Source: an uncultured Pseudomonadota bacterium (GTDB lineage Bacteria > Myxococcota_A > Polyangia > Fen-1088). Taken from it: 64,000 bases of DNA. Location: contig CAWKBC010000044.1 of the NCBI GenBank assembly GCA_963847705.1, positions 56,294-120,293 of the forward strand. The letters are read 5' to 3'. Positions 9,366 to 17,798 of the stretch are shown here, one piece after another. The position numbers were made by a program, and so were the translations under genes. Each line of letters opens with the position of its first letter. Position 1 is the stretch's first letter. The notes below the pieces were generated by a model that worked only from the letters and a program-made list of their open reading frames with translations, was not told the origin of the DNA and made no database searches.

Positions 9366-10400
9366 ATGAAGGTCACCCTTCAGTCCCCAGGCGGCGCCCG
9401 GGAGTTCGAGTCGCTCCCCGGCGAGAAGATCTTGCGCGCCGCGCTTCGCCAGGGGGTCGCGCTCGGCTATGACTGCGCGACGGGGACCTGCGGGAGCTGC
9501 AAGGCCCGACTGCTCGCCGGGCGTGTCGCGTGCGGGTGGCCCGACGCGCCTGGCGGGCGGCGTTGCGGCGCCGGCGAGATCCTCACCTGCCAGAGCGCCG
9601 CACGGGAGGATTGTGCGCTCGAGGTCGATCGCCTGGGGCCCCCCGAGGAGGGCCGCGCCCGGCCGGGCAGCTTGAAGGGGATCCTCCGGCATCCGCGCCT
9701 CCTGACCCACGACGTGATCTCCTTCGAAGTCGAGCTGGAGGGCCGGCTCGACTTCGCGGCCGGCCAGTTCGTGCTGCTCGAGATGCCGCACATCGACGGC
9801 GCCCGGGCCTACTCGATCGCCGGCTGGGGGGGGAAGGGAGGGCGACTCACCTTGGTGGCGAGGCGGAAGCCCGGCGGGCAGTTCAGCGAGTGGCTGTTCG
9901 GGCCGGGTGTGGACGGAGCGCCGCTGATGATCTTTGGGCCCCTCGGCCGCGCCGTCTTCGATCGGTCCGTCCGGAAGCACCTGCTCTGTCTGGCGGGCGG
10001 GACCGGCCTCGCCGGGATGGTCTCGATTCTCCGACGCGCCACCGATGACGGTCACTTCGGACGATTCGAGGCGAACCTCTTCTTCGGGGTGCGTGCAGGG
10101 AGGGACGCTTTCTACCTGGAGGAGCTGACCGCAATCCGGAAGCGGTGCCCCGACCGAATCACCGTCACGGTGGCGCTCTCCGACGAGGAGGTGCCGAGAG
10201 CGCTGAGCGCGGCTCACCCGGAGCTGGAGTTTGTCCACGGCCTCGTCCATGAGGTCGCCGGAGCGCGCATGCGGGGCCGCTTCTCGGACCTGCGGGCCTA
10301 TGTCGCCGGGCCGCGCCCGATGGTGGATGCCAGCGTTCGCCTGTTGCTCCAGGAGGGCCGCCTGCCTCCCGGGGAGATCCGCCGCGACAGATTCGAATAG
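9366..10400 (+). CDS. 2Fe-2S ferredoxin-NAD(H) reductase, TmoF/TouF-like
   Basis: Plant-type 2Fe-2S motif CATGTCGSC...LTC, FAD motif RAYSIA, NAD motifs AGGTGLA and YVAGPRPMV, C-terminal DRF. Confidence 0.88.
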   Translation: MKVTLQSPGGAREFESLPGEKILRAALRQGVALGYDCATGTCGSCKARLLAGRVACGWPDAPGGRRCGAGEILTCQSAAREDCALEVDRLGPPEEGRARPGSLKGILRHPRLLTHDVISFEVELEGRLDFAAGQFVLLEMPHIDGARAYSIAGWGGKGGRLTLVARRKPGGQFSEWLFGPGVDGAPLMIFGPLGRAVFDRSVRKHLLCLAGGTGLAGMVSILRRATDDGHFGRFEANLFFGVRAGRDAFYLEELTAIRKRCPDRITVTVALSDEEVPRALSAAHPELEFVHGLVHEVAGARMRGRFSDLRAYVAGPRPMVDASVRLLLQEGRLPPGEIRRDRFE

Positions 10401-10437
10401 CGCTGCCCGATTTCGACCACCTGGAAGGAGAAGCCCG

Positions 10438-10833
10438 ATGAGCCTCGACGAACGAATGCGTGTGATTTGCGCGGGCGGCTGCCCCGCCCCCCGATCGGGT
10501 GGAACGACGGGCGCCCCACCCTCGGAGACCGCCTGGCGGCGAATCGGCGCCGCCGCGGATGTCCCGCCCCAGGGGATGAAGGCCTTCTCCGTGGAGGGCC
10601 TGAGCGTGCTCGTCGTCGACACCGGGAGCGAGCTGGTGGCCGTCCAGTCGCTCTGTCCGCACGAGGCGATTCCTCTCGAGCTGGGCGCGGTCGAGGGCCC
10701 CACCTTGACCTGCCTCGAGCACATGTGGCAGTTCGACGTCCGAACCGGGGCGCCGCTGGGCGAAGCGACCGAGGGGCTGCGGACCTTCCCGCTGAGGAAT
10801 CTGGACGGTGACCTCTTCCTCGCGGTCGAATAG
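10438..10833 (+). CDS. Rieske-type ferredoxin, TmoC-like
   Basis: CPHE...CLEHMWQFD Rieske motifs; AAGGAG RBS before ATG 10438. Confidence 0.88.
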   Translation: MSLDERMRVICAGGCPAPRSGGTTGAPPSETAWRRIGAAADVPPQGMKAFSVEGLSVLVVDTGSELVAVQSLCPHEAIPLELGAVEGPTLTCLEHMWQFDVRTGAPLGEATEGLRTFPLRNLDGDLFLAVE

Positions 10834-10888
10834 ACTCGGCGGGGCCCGCAGGCAGGGACGCATGGGCGGCCGCGCCGTCGGGTGAAAG

Positions 10889-13534
10889 ATGAAGATCCCG
10901 ATAGAGCTCGACCGGGCTTCCAAGACGCCGCTCACGGCCCAGCTGGCGGCGCAACTCGGCGATCTGATCCGGCAGCGGCGGATCCCCTCCGGCACGCGGC
11001 TCCCCTCGTCACGCACACTCTCCGAGCAGCTGGGGGTCGGGCGCAACACCGTCGTCCATGCCTACGAGACGCTGAGCATCGAGGGGTTGGTCGAGCCGCG
11101 CGCCGCCTCCGGCTTCTTCGCCACGCCCGAGCTGCCCGACGCGACCCCGCAATCGCTCGCGGCGCAGGGGATTGCTCCGGCGGCCCACCACCGGGCGTTT
11201 CCAGCGCCCGCGCTCGTCTCGGCGCGACAGCGGATCAACGCCACCGGCGATCACCGCTTTTGCGACTTCGTTCCCGGCCGTCCCAGCCCCGAACACTTCC
11301 CGGTCAAGATCTGGCGGCGGCTGCTCCAGGGTCGGCTGTCGTACGGGGGAGCGGCGGGAATGTCCGAGCACGGTGACGCCTGCGGGCTGCCGGCGCTGCG
11401 CGCCGCGATCGCGGAGCATCTCTCACTGAGCCGAGGAATCGTGGCCGATCCGCGGCAGGTTCTGGTGGTCGGCGGCATCCAGGAGGGCTTGAGCATCACC
11501 GCGCGCTTGCTGATCAGGCCGGGCGCCACGGTGGTCACCGAGGATCCCTGCTACCGCGACATGACTTACGCGTTCGACGCGGCGGGGGCGCGTCTGGTCG
11601 GCGTTCCGGTCGACGAGGACGGCCTGGTCACCTCACAGCTCCCCGAGCAGGGGGCCACGCTGCTTCATCTCACGCCGGGCCACCAGTACCCGACCGGCTC
11701 CACGCTCTCGGCCGATCGTCGGACCGAGGCGATCGCCTGGGCCCGGCGCACCGGCAGCTACCTCGTCGAGGACGACTATGACAGCGCCTACCAGTACGAA
11801 GGCTCGCCGATGCAAGCGCTGGCGGGAAGCGCGCCCGACTGCACCATCCACCTCGGCACGTTTTCCACCACCCTCGGCGCCGGTCTTCGGCTCGGTTACC
11901 TCGTCGTCCCGCCTTCGCTGGTGGACGCCACCCGCGCCATCAAGACGCTGCTCAACAGCGGCAACTCCTGGCTGGACCAGGCGACGCTGGCGGAGCTCTT
12001 GCGCACCGGCTGTTACCGGGCACACCTCACGCGGACCCGGGCCGCCTACAAGGAGCGGCGCGACGCTCTGCTCGCCTCCTTGCGCCGCTACTTCGGCACC
12101 GTTCAGATCAGCGGCGAGGCCACGGGCCTTCACCTCTTCTGGCGGCTGCCGGCGGGGGTGCCGGAGGCGGCGCGACTCGAGGAGCTGGCGTTGGCGCAGC
12201 GGGTGCGGATTTACTCGCTCACCTCGGCGGCGGCGCATCACCAGGCCAGCAGCACGCTGGCCCGAAGAAGCATCCTGATCGGATTTGCCGGCCTGACGCC
12301 TGGCCAGATCGATCAGGGGATCGCCCGTCTGTCCGACGTCGTCGACGACACGCTCGACAGTCACCACGACTTTCTGAACGAGCTCCTCCTCGACGATCCC
12401 CCGCTGTCGCCGGCGCGTCCGCTGCGACCGTCGCGCCGGGATGCTCGCTCTCAGCTTCGGCGACAATTCGCGGTGCGGACCGTGGCGCCGGCCCAGGCGC
12501 GCTCGCGACGCGACCACCCCCAACCGGAGATCCCCATGCCCGTCGTCCGTGGCATCTATCGCTATCCCATCAAGGGGCTCAGCCCCCAGCCGCTCCGGGG
12601 CGTAATCCTGGAAGAAGGCAGGCCGTTCCCCTTCGACCGGGTGTTCGCGATGGCCCGTCCCGGCGTTCCGATCGACGCCAACGAGCCCCGCTGGGCCAAG
12701 AAGGGTCTCTTCTTGATGCTGATGCTGGACGAGGCGCTCGCGCGCGTGCAGACCAACGTCGACGTCGAAACGATGCAGCTGACAGTGCGCAGCCGGCCGG
12801 CGGCGCACGCGACCGATCTGCCGCCCGGCGAGCCCATCTTCAGCGCGAATCTCGGCAGCGAGGAGGGGCGGCGCGCGGTGGAGGATTTCTTCTTTCGCCA
12901 GGTTCCCGGCCTGGCCGCGGCGCCCAAGCTGGTCCGCTCGCGCGACGGACACTTCATGGACAAGCCGGACAGCGTGGTCTCGTGCATCAACCTCGCCACG
13001 CTCCGCAGCCTGGAGGAGAAGTGGGGCCAGGCCCTGGATCCGCTTCGCTTCCGCGCCAACTTCTACATCGACGGGGCCAAGGCCTGGGAAGAGTTCGACT
13101 GGATCGGCAGCGACATCATGCTGGGCGACGTGCTGTTTCGGGTGGACCGCCGCAACGGTCGTTGCGGCGCGACCAACGTCAACCCCGCAACTGGCCAACG
13201 CGACCTCGACATTCCCGGCGCGCTGCGGGGATCGTTCGGGCACAAGGATCTCGGTGTCTATCTGATCGTGCGGAATGGCGGCAAGGTGGTGATCGGAGAC
13301 CAGGTGACCCTGCCGGAGCAGAAAGGATCGGCGGAGCTGCCGGTGACCGGACCACGCCCATCCCCGGGGACGGGCGCCTTCATCTGTCGCGGCTGCTATT
13401 TCGTCTACGACGAGAGCAAGGGGGCTCCAGGACTGCCGGCCGGTACGGCGTTCGCCCAGATCGGAGAGGAGTGGCGGTGCCCGGACTGCGGGACCGACAA
13501 GGGCAAGTTCCGACCGTACCTCCCGCCGACCTGA
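10889..13534 (+). CDS. Fusion: MocR/GabR regulator (GntR wHTH + aminotransferase-like) + MOSC_N/MOSC + rubredoxin
   Basis: RLPSSRTLSEQLGVGRNTVVHAYETL (GntR HTH); TPGHQYPTG, VEDDYDS, GTFSTTLGAGLRLGY (MocR); IYRYPIKGLS, FDRVFA, RFRANFYIDG..WEEFDW, GRCGATNVNPATGQRD (MOSC); CRGC...WRCPDCG (rubredoxin). Confidence 0.9.
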   Translation: MKIPIELDRASKTPLTAQLAAQLGDLIRQRRIPSGTRLPSSRTLSEQLGVGRNTVVHAYETLSIEGLVEPRAASGFFATPELPDATPQSLAAQGIAPAAHHRAFPAPALVSARQRINATGDHRFCDFVPGRPSPEHFPVKIWRRLLQGRLSYGGAAGMSEHGDACGLPALRAAIAEHLSLSRGIVADPRQVLVVGGIQEGLSITARLLIRPGATVVTEDPCYRDMTYAFDAAGARLVGVPVDEDGLVTSQLPEQGATLLHLTPGHQYPTGSTLSADRRTEAIAWARRTGSYLVEDDYDSAYQYEGSPMQALAGSAPDCTIHLGTFSTTLGAGLRLGYLVVPPSLVDATRAIKTLLNSGNSWLDQATLAELLRTGCYRAHLTRTRAAYKERRDALLASLRRYFGTVQISGEATGLHLFWRLPAGVPEAARLEELALAQRVRIYSLTSAAAHHQASSTLARRSILIGFAGLTPGQIDQGIARLSDVVDDTLDSHHDFLNELLLDDPPLSPARPLRPSRRDARSQLRRQFAVRTVAPAQARSRRDHPQPEIPMPVVRGIYRYPIKGLSPQPLRGVILEEGRPFPFDRVFAMARPGVPIDANEPRWAKKGLFLMLMLDEALARVQTNVDVETMQLTVRSRPAAHATDLPPGEPIFSANLGSEEGRRAVEDFFFRQVPGLAAAPKLVRSRDGHFMDKPDSVVSCINLATLRSLEEKWGQALDPLRFRANFYIDGAKAWEEFDWIGSDIMLGDVLFRVDRRNGRCGATNVNPATGQRDLDIPGALRGSFGHKDLGVYLIVRNGGKVVIGDQVTLPEQKGSAELPVTGPRPSPGTGAFICRGCYFVYDESKGAPGLPAGTAFAQIGEEWRCPDCGTDKGKFRPYLPPT

Positions 13535-13610
13535 GGTTGCCTCCGACCTGATGTTGCCCCCGACCTGAGGTTGCCCCCGACCTGAGGTTGCCCCCGACCT
13601 GAATGTTGCC
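13526..13610 (+). repeat. Five tandem copies of a 17-bp unit (CCGACCTGAGGTTGCCC)
   Basis: Units start at 13526, 13543, 13560, 13577 and 13594. The first unit contains the fusion gene's TGA. Confidence 0.92.
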
Positions 13611-13650
13611 GTCGCGACCCGCCGAAACGACGGCGCGCCGGGCGCGCCCA

Positions 13651-14565
13651 TCAGACCGCTCCTCGAAGTGTCGTGGCGATCTCCCTGATCTTGGTTCGGA
13701 CGAACTTGCAGGGCTCGTCGTCGTCGGTGGCGTTGGGCCAGAGGAGCTCGACGCGTGAGCCCTTGATGGGAAACGGGAGAGGCTTCGTCTTGAGGTGCGG
13801 CCGGGTCGCCCGGATCTGCGTGGCCACCAGCGCGGGGATCGTCGCCAGCATCGCGGTGCCGTCGATCAGCGCACCGAGGTTGGCGAAGCTGGAGACCGAG
13901 CAGCGGATCTTGCGGGTCTTCTCGAACAGGTCCTCGACGATGCCGCGCAGATCCCCGTTGTACGACACGATGACGTGGTCGCGGGAGAAGTACTCGGCCT
14001 CGGTCAACCTGCGCAGCCGCGCGTGGCGTGGGTCGTAGAGGCAGGTGAACCCTCCGTAGAACAGCGGCTCGCGCCGGATCATGGCCGGCAGCTCGTCGGC
14101 CACGGTGACCGCGGCGGCCAGCCCGGCGCCGAGCGCGGCCGCCACGGTGCGGAACTGGACCGGGATGGCGACGACGCGCATCCGCGGCGCCTCTCGTTCC
14201 AGCGCCCGGAGCAGCGGCGGCAGGAGCCAGAGCTCGGCCGAGTCCGAGAGACCGAGCCGGAGCGTGCGATCGTTGGTGGCGGGGTCGAACGTCGGCGGCA
14301 TCAGCGCGGCGTCGACCAGCCGCTGCAGGTGGACCTCGAGCCCGGCGCGCAGGCGTTCACCGCGGCTGGTGAGGACCAGGCCGCGGCCGCTCCGCGCGAA
14401 CAGAGGCACACCGACGCTCGTGGTCAGCCGGCGCAGCGCCGCGCTGACCGCCGGCTGGGTCATGTAGAGACGCTGCGCCGCCTCGGTGACGCTGCCGCTC
14501 TCGGCGACCACCGCGAACACCCGCAGGAGGTTGAGGTCGAGATCGCGTCCATAAATCTTGGGCAT
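13651..14565 (-). CDS. LysR-family transcriptional regulator
   Basis: DLDLNLLRVF..SVTEAAQRLYMTQPAVSAALRRL HTH; divergent from the aldo/keto reductase. Alternative start at 14574. Confidence 0.93.
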   Translation of the reverse strand: MPKIYGRDLDLNLLRVFAVVAESGSVTEAAQRLYMTQPAVSAALRRLTTSVGVPLFARSGRGLVLTSRGERLRAGLEVHLQRLVDAALMPPTFDPATNDRTLRLGLSDSAELWLLPPLLRALEREAPRMRVVAIPVQFRTVAAALGAGLAAAVTVADELPAMIRREPLFYGGFTCLYDPRHARLRRLTEAEYFSRDHVIVSYNGDLRGIVEDLFEKTRKIRCSVSSFANLGALIDGTAMLATIPALVATQIRATRPHLKTKPLPFPIKGSRVELLWPNATDDDEPCKFVRTKIREIATTLRGAV

Positions 14566-14622
14566 GAATCGCATGCATCCTATTCACTGGAGCGCCGTGA
14601 GGCGAGTGCGCAGACTTACCGC

Positions 14623-15675
14623 ATGACCACCACGACGAAGACACCGACATCGACCGCAGAGACATCGAAGACGACCTCCCGGACCAAGCTGGGCTCTTCC
14701 GGGCCCGAGGTCTTCCCCTTCGCGCTCGGCTGCATGGGAATGGGGGCCGGCAGCTTCTACGGCAACAGCGACGAGCAGGAGGCGATCGCCACGATTCACG
14801 CCGCGCTCGAGCGTGGCGTGAGCCTCATCGACACCGGCGACTTCTACGCCATGGGGAAGAACGAGCTCCTGGTGGGTAAAGCGCTGGCCGGCGGCTGGCG
14901 CGACAAGGCCCTGCTCAGCGTCAAGTTTGGCGGCCTGCGCGGTCCCGACGGCGCCTTCCTCGGCCACGACGCGCGGCCGGCGGCGACCAAGAACTTCCTG
15001 GCGCACAGCCTCTCCCGCCTCGGCGTCGACCACATCGACATCTATCGCCCGGCGCGCCTCGATCCCGCCGTCCCCATCGAGGAGACCATCGGCGCGATCG
15101 CCGACATGGTGAAGGCGGGCTACGTCCGCTACATCGGCCTCTCGGAGGTGGGCGCCGAGACCATCCGCCGCGCCGCCAAGGTCCACCCGATCTGCGATCT
15201 GCAGATCGAGTACTCGCTCGTCAGCCGCGGCCCGGAGGCGACGATCTTCCCCGCGCTCGCCGAGCTTGGCATCGCCACGACGGCCTACGGGGTGCTCTCG
15301 CGCGGTCTCCTCACCGGCAGCAAGCCGACGGGCGCGGGCGATTTCCGGGCGCATCTGCCGCGCTTCGCAGGCGACAACGGCGAGAAGAACCGCGCGCTGG
15401 CGCAATCGCTGGCCCGCCTGGCCGCCGACAAGGGGGTCAAGCCGGCCCAGCTCGCCATCGCCTGGGTCCGGGCCAAGGCGCTGGCCCAGAAGGTCACGCT
15501 CATCCCCACCATGGGCGCCCGCAACCGGACCCAGCTCGCCGACGCGCTGGCCGGCCTCGACATCACCCTCACGGCGGCGGAGGTGGCGGCGCTGGAAGCC
15601 GCGGTGCCGGCAGCCGAGGTCGCCGGCACCCGCTACGCCGCCCCGTTGATGACGACGCTCGACAGCGAGAGGTGA
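14623..15675 (+). CDS. Aldo/keto reductase
   Basis: LGCMGM, IDTGDFY, SVKFG, DHIDIY, YIGLSE, QIEYSL, AYGVLSRGLL. Confidence 0.93.
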   Translation: MTTTTKTPTSTAETSKTTSRTKLGSSGPEVFPFALGCMGMGAGSFYGNSDEQEAIATIHAALERGVSLIDTGDFYAMGKNELLVGKALAGGWRDKALLSVKFGGLRGPDGAFLGHDARPAATKNFLAHSLSRLGVDHIDIYRPARLDPAVPIEETIGAIADMVKAGYVRYIGLSEVGAETIRRAAKVHPICDLQIEYSLVSRGPEATIFPALAELGIATTAYGVLSRGLLTGSKPTGAGDFRAHLPRFAGDNGEKNRALAQSLARLAADKGVKPAQLAIAWVRAKALAQKVTLIPTMGARNRTQLADALAGLDITLTAAEVAALEAAVPAAEVAGTRYAAPLMTTLDSER

Positions 15676-15719
15676 CGCCGCGGCTCCGTGAGGTCGCCGG
15701 GGGCCGGGTCGCCGGCGCT

Positions 15720-16094
15720 TCAGCGCGGATCGGCGGCCAGGACGAACGGGCGCAGCCGGTGACCGTCGAGATCGGCGACCACGAAGGTGAACCCGAAGTC
15801 CAGGCGGGTCGGCTCCTGCACCACCTCGAGCCCGAGCTTGGTCCAGGCCGCATAGGTCGCGCGCAGGGCCGCTTCGTCGGGGAGCGAGAACGAGAGCTCG
15901 ACGCCGCCGGCGAGCCGCGGGACGGGCTTCATCCCGTCTGCCGCCCACAGCCCCAGCTTGAGACCGGTCGGCAGCACGTAGAGCACGAAGGTCGCGGAAT
16001 TCTCGACCGGTTTGAGGCCCAGGAGCTGATCGTAGAGCTCGGCGCTCCGGCGCGGGTCCTTCACGGCGAGCAGCAGGTAGTCGAGGTCGGGCAT
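15720..16094 (-). CDS. VOC/glyoxalase-bleomycin resistance family protein (EhpR-like)
   Basis: LLAVKDPRRSAELY..LGLW..VELSF..DFGFTFVVADLDGHRLR; downstream of the WYL regulator. Confidence 0.85.
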   Translation of the reverse strand: MPDLDYLLLAVKDPRRSAELYDQLLGLKPVENSATFVLYVLPTGLKLGLWAADGMKPVPRLAGGVELSFSLPDEAALRATYAAWTKLGLEVVQEPTRLDFGFTFVVADLDGHRLRPFVLAADPR

Positions 16095-16141
16095 GGTGTC
16101 TCTCCTTGCGGTTGGTGGAGACAACCTAGCGGGCGGCCGTG

Positions 16142-16861
16142 TCAGTTCTTGTCAGCAGCGGACCTGTCGCCCGGGGACCCTCCCTGGCCCTCGCTCTGCC
16201 GCCACTCCGCCAGCAAGGTGGCGCGCCCGCGCGGGTAGCGGGCGGCGGTGACCTCGAGCTTCGTGACCCGGTCGAGACGAAAGTGGCGATAGCCGCGCCG
16301 TCTCTCGCACCAGGCGACGACGACGCGGGCCCGTTCGAAGAATCCGATCGCGAACGGCCAGATGGTGCGGGTCGTCCGGCGCCCGTCGGCGTCGCGGTAG
16401 GAGATCTCGAGCTTGTGCTCGCGACGGATCGCTTCGCGGACGAGCCCCGTGTCCACGGTGTCGATGTGCGGCGTGGCGGGTCCGACCAGGAGCGTGGCCG
16501 CTTCCACCTCCCGGCGGAGCTCGTCGGGCAGCACGGCCGCGATCTTGGCCAGGGCGTCCCGCCCGGCGGCCGCCAGGCCCCTGTCGTCCGAACGGAGCGC
16601 GACCCAGCGGGAGCCGAGCACCAGCGCCTCCAGCTCCTCGACCGAGAACATCAGCGGCGGCAGGGTGAAGCCCGGGCGCAGAACGTATCCGATCCCGGGC
16701 TCACCCTCGATCCCCGCGCCCTGTCCGCGCAGGGTGGCGATGTCACGATAGAGCGTGCGGAGGGAGATCCCCAGCTCGGCGGCCAGCGCGGCACCGAGGA
16801 CCGGGCTGCGGTGGCGCCGCAGGATCTGCAGCAAATCGAGAAGGCGTTCCGTTCGAGACAT
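16142..16861 (-). CDS. YafY-like HTH-WYL transcriptional regulator
   Basis: MSRTERLLDLLQILR, ELGISLRTLYRDI, GYVLRPGFTLPPLMF, AWCERRRGYRHFRLDR. Confidence 0.93.
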   Translation of the reverse strand: MSRTERLLDLLQILRRHRSPVLGAALAAELGISLRTLYRDIATLRGQGAGIEGEPGIGYVLRPGFTLPPLMFSVEELEALVLGSRWVALRSDDRGLAAAGRDALAKIAAVLPDELRREVEAATLLVGPATPHIDTVDTGLVREAIRREHKLEISYRDADGRRTTRTIWPFAIGFFERARVVVAWCERRRGYRHFRLDRVTKLEVTAARYPRGRATLLAEWRQSEGQGGSPGDRSAADKN

Positions 16862-16919
16862 GTCGCCCGCACTCAGGGGCGGGCGACCGAGCGTAGCAAC
16901 TTTCGGTCGCAATTTTCTG

Positions 16920-16976
16920 TTGACCGTATCCAGGCGAATGGTTATATAACTTATCAGTTACACAACCTGATGGTTA
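16920..16976 (+). promoter_or_regulatory. Sigma-70-like promoter with tandem ArsR-type operator palindromes
   Basis: TTGACC at 16920, AT-rich TATATAAC at 16943-16950. TAAC-N6-GTTA (16947-16960) and CAAC-N6-GTTA (16963-16976) lie immediately upstream of the ArsR gene. Confidence 0.65.
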
Positions 16977-16983
16977 CAAGCAC

Positions 16984-17328
16984 ATGACGGCCGACCACCT
17001 CACCGCCACCTTCGCCGCCCTCGCCGATCCCACCCGCCGCGCCATCCTGGCCCGCCTGTCGCGTGGCGAGGCCAACGTGACCGAGCTGGCGAGGCCCTTC
17101 GACATGTCGCAGCCGGCGATCTCCAAGCATCTCAAGGTGCTGGAGCGGGCCGGCCTGATCTCGCGCGGCCGCGACGCCCAGTCGCGCCCCTGCCGCCTCT
17201 CCGCCAGCCGCCTCAGGGAGGCGACGGAGTGGATGGAGCGCTACCGCAAATTCTGGGAGCAGAGCTTCGATCGTCTGGATGACTTCCTGGTGGACCTCAA
17301 AAAGGAGAAGAGCCGTGGAAACAAGTAA
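16984..17328 (+). CDS. ArsR/SmtB-family regulator
   Basis: FAALADPTRRAILARL..ELARPFDMSQPAISKHLKVLERAGLI. Confidence 0.93.
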   Translation: MTADHLTATFAALADPTRRAILARLSRGEANVTELARPFDMSQPAISKHLKVLERAGLISRGRDAQSRPCRLSASRLREATEWMERYRKFWEQSFDRLDDFLVDLKKEKSRGNK

Positions 17329-17791
17329 CTCTCGAAGGGAGGCGTCGGCCGGACGCCCGCCCGAGCTGCGCATGACCCGGGTCTTCGACGCGCCCAAGAG
17401 TCTGGTCTTCGAGGCCTGGACCAAGGCGGAGTACCTCTCCCGCTGGTTCACGCCGGCCCCGCTCACCACGCAGGGCTGCGAGCTCGACTTTCGCCCCGGC
17501 GGCGTCTTTCGCCTGACGATGCGCACACCCGAGGGCGTGGAGTTCCCGATGGACGCGCGTTTCACCGAGATCGTCCCCGACGAGCGCATCGTCTTCGCGG
17601 CCACGGTGCACGGCGATCTGAAGATCCTCACGACCGTGACGTTCGCGGAGAAGGACGGCCAGACGACGCTCACCGCGCATCAGGTCTACTCGCACGAGTC
17701 CGAGGCCACCCGCGGCGCGAACGCGGGCTGGACGCTGACACTGGCTCAGCTGGCCGCGTACCTCCGCGGAAGAGAATCGCGCCCGCGCTGA
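17315..17791 (+). CDS. SRPBCC/Aha1 (START-like) domain protein
   Basis: TRVFDAPKSLVFEAWT..RWF..DFRPGG..GWTLTLAQL; standard ArsR-SRPBCC pair; GTG start with AAGGAG. Confidence 0.9.
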   Translation: METSNSRREASAGRPPELRMTRVFDAPKSLVFEAWTKAEYLSRWFTPAPLTTQGCELDFRPGGVFRLTMRTPEGVEFPMDARFTEIVPDERIVFAATVHGDLKILTTVTFAEKDGQTTLTAHQVYSHESEATRGANAGWTLTLAQLAAYLRGRESRPR

Positions 17792-17798
17792 AGCGCGC

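Noticed and set aside
13526-13610. Possible CRISPR array
   Set aside because: Units are contiguous 17-mers with no spacers, and there are no cas genes.
13795-14622. Apparent long N-terminal extension of the aldo/keto reductase (626 aa)
   Set aside because: It overlaps the LysR gene antisense. The real start is 14623.
15720-17791. WYL and ArsR genes as a defence island
   Set aside because: YafY-WYL + VOC and ArsR + SRPBCC are common stress/detox pairs, with no defence effector nearby.
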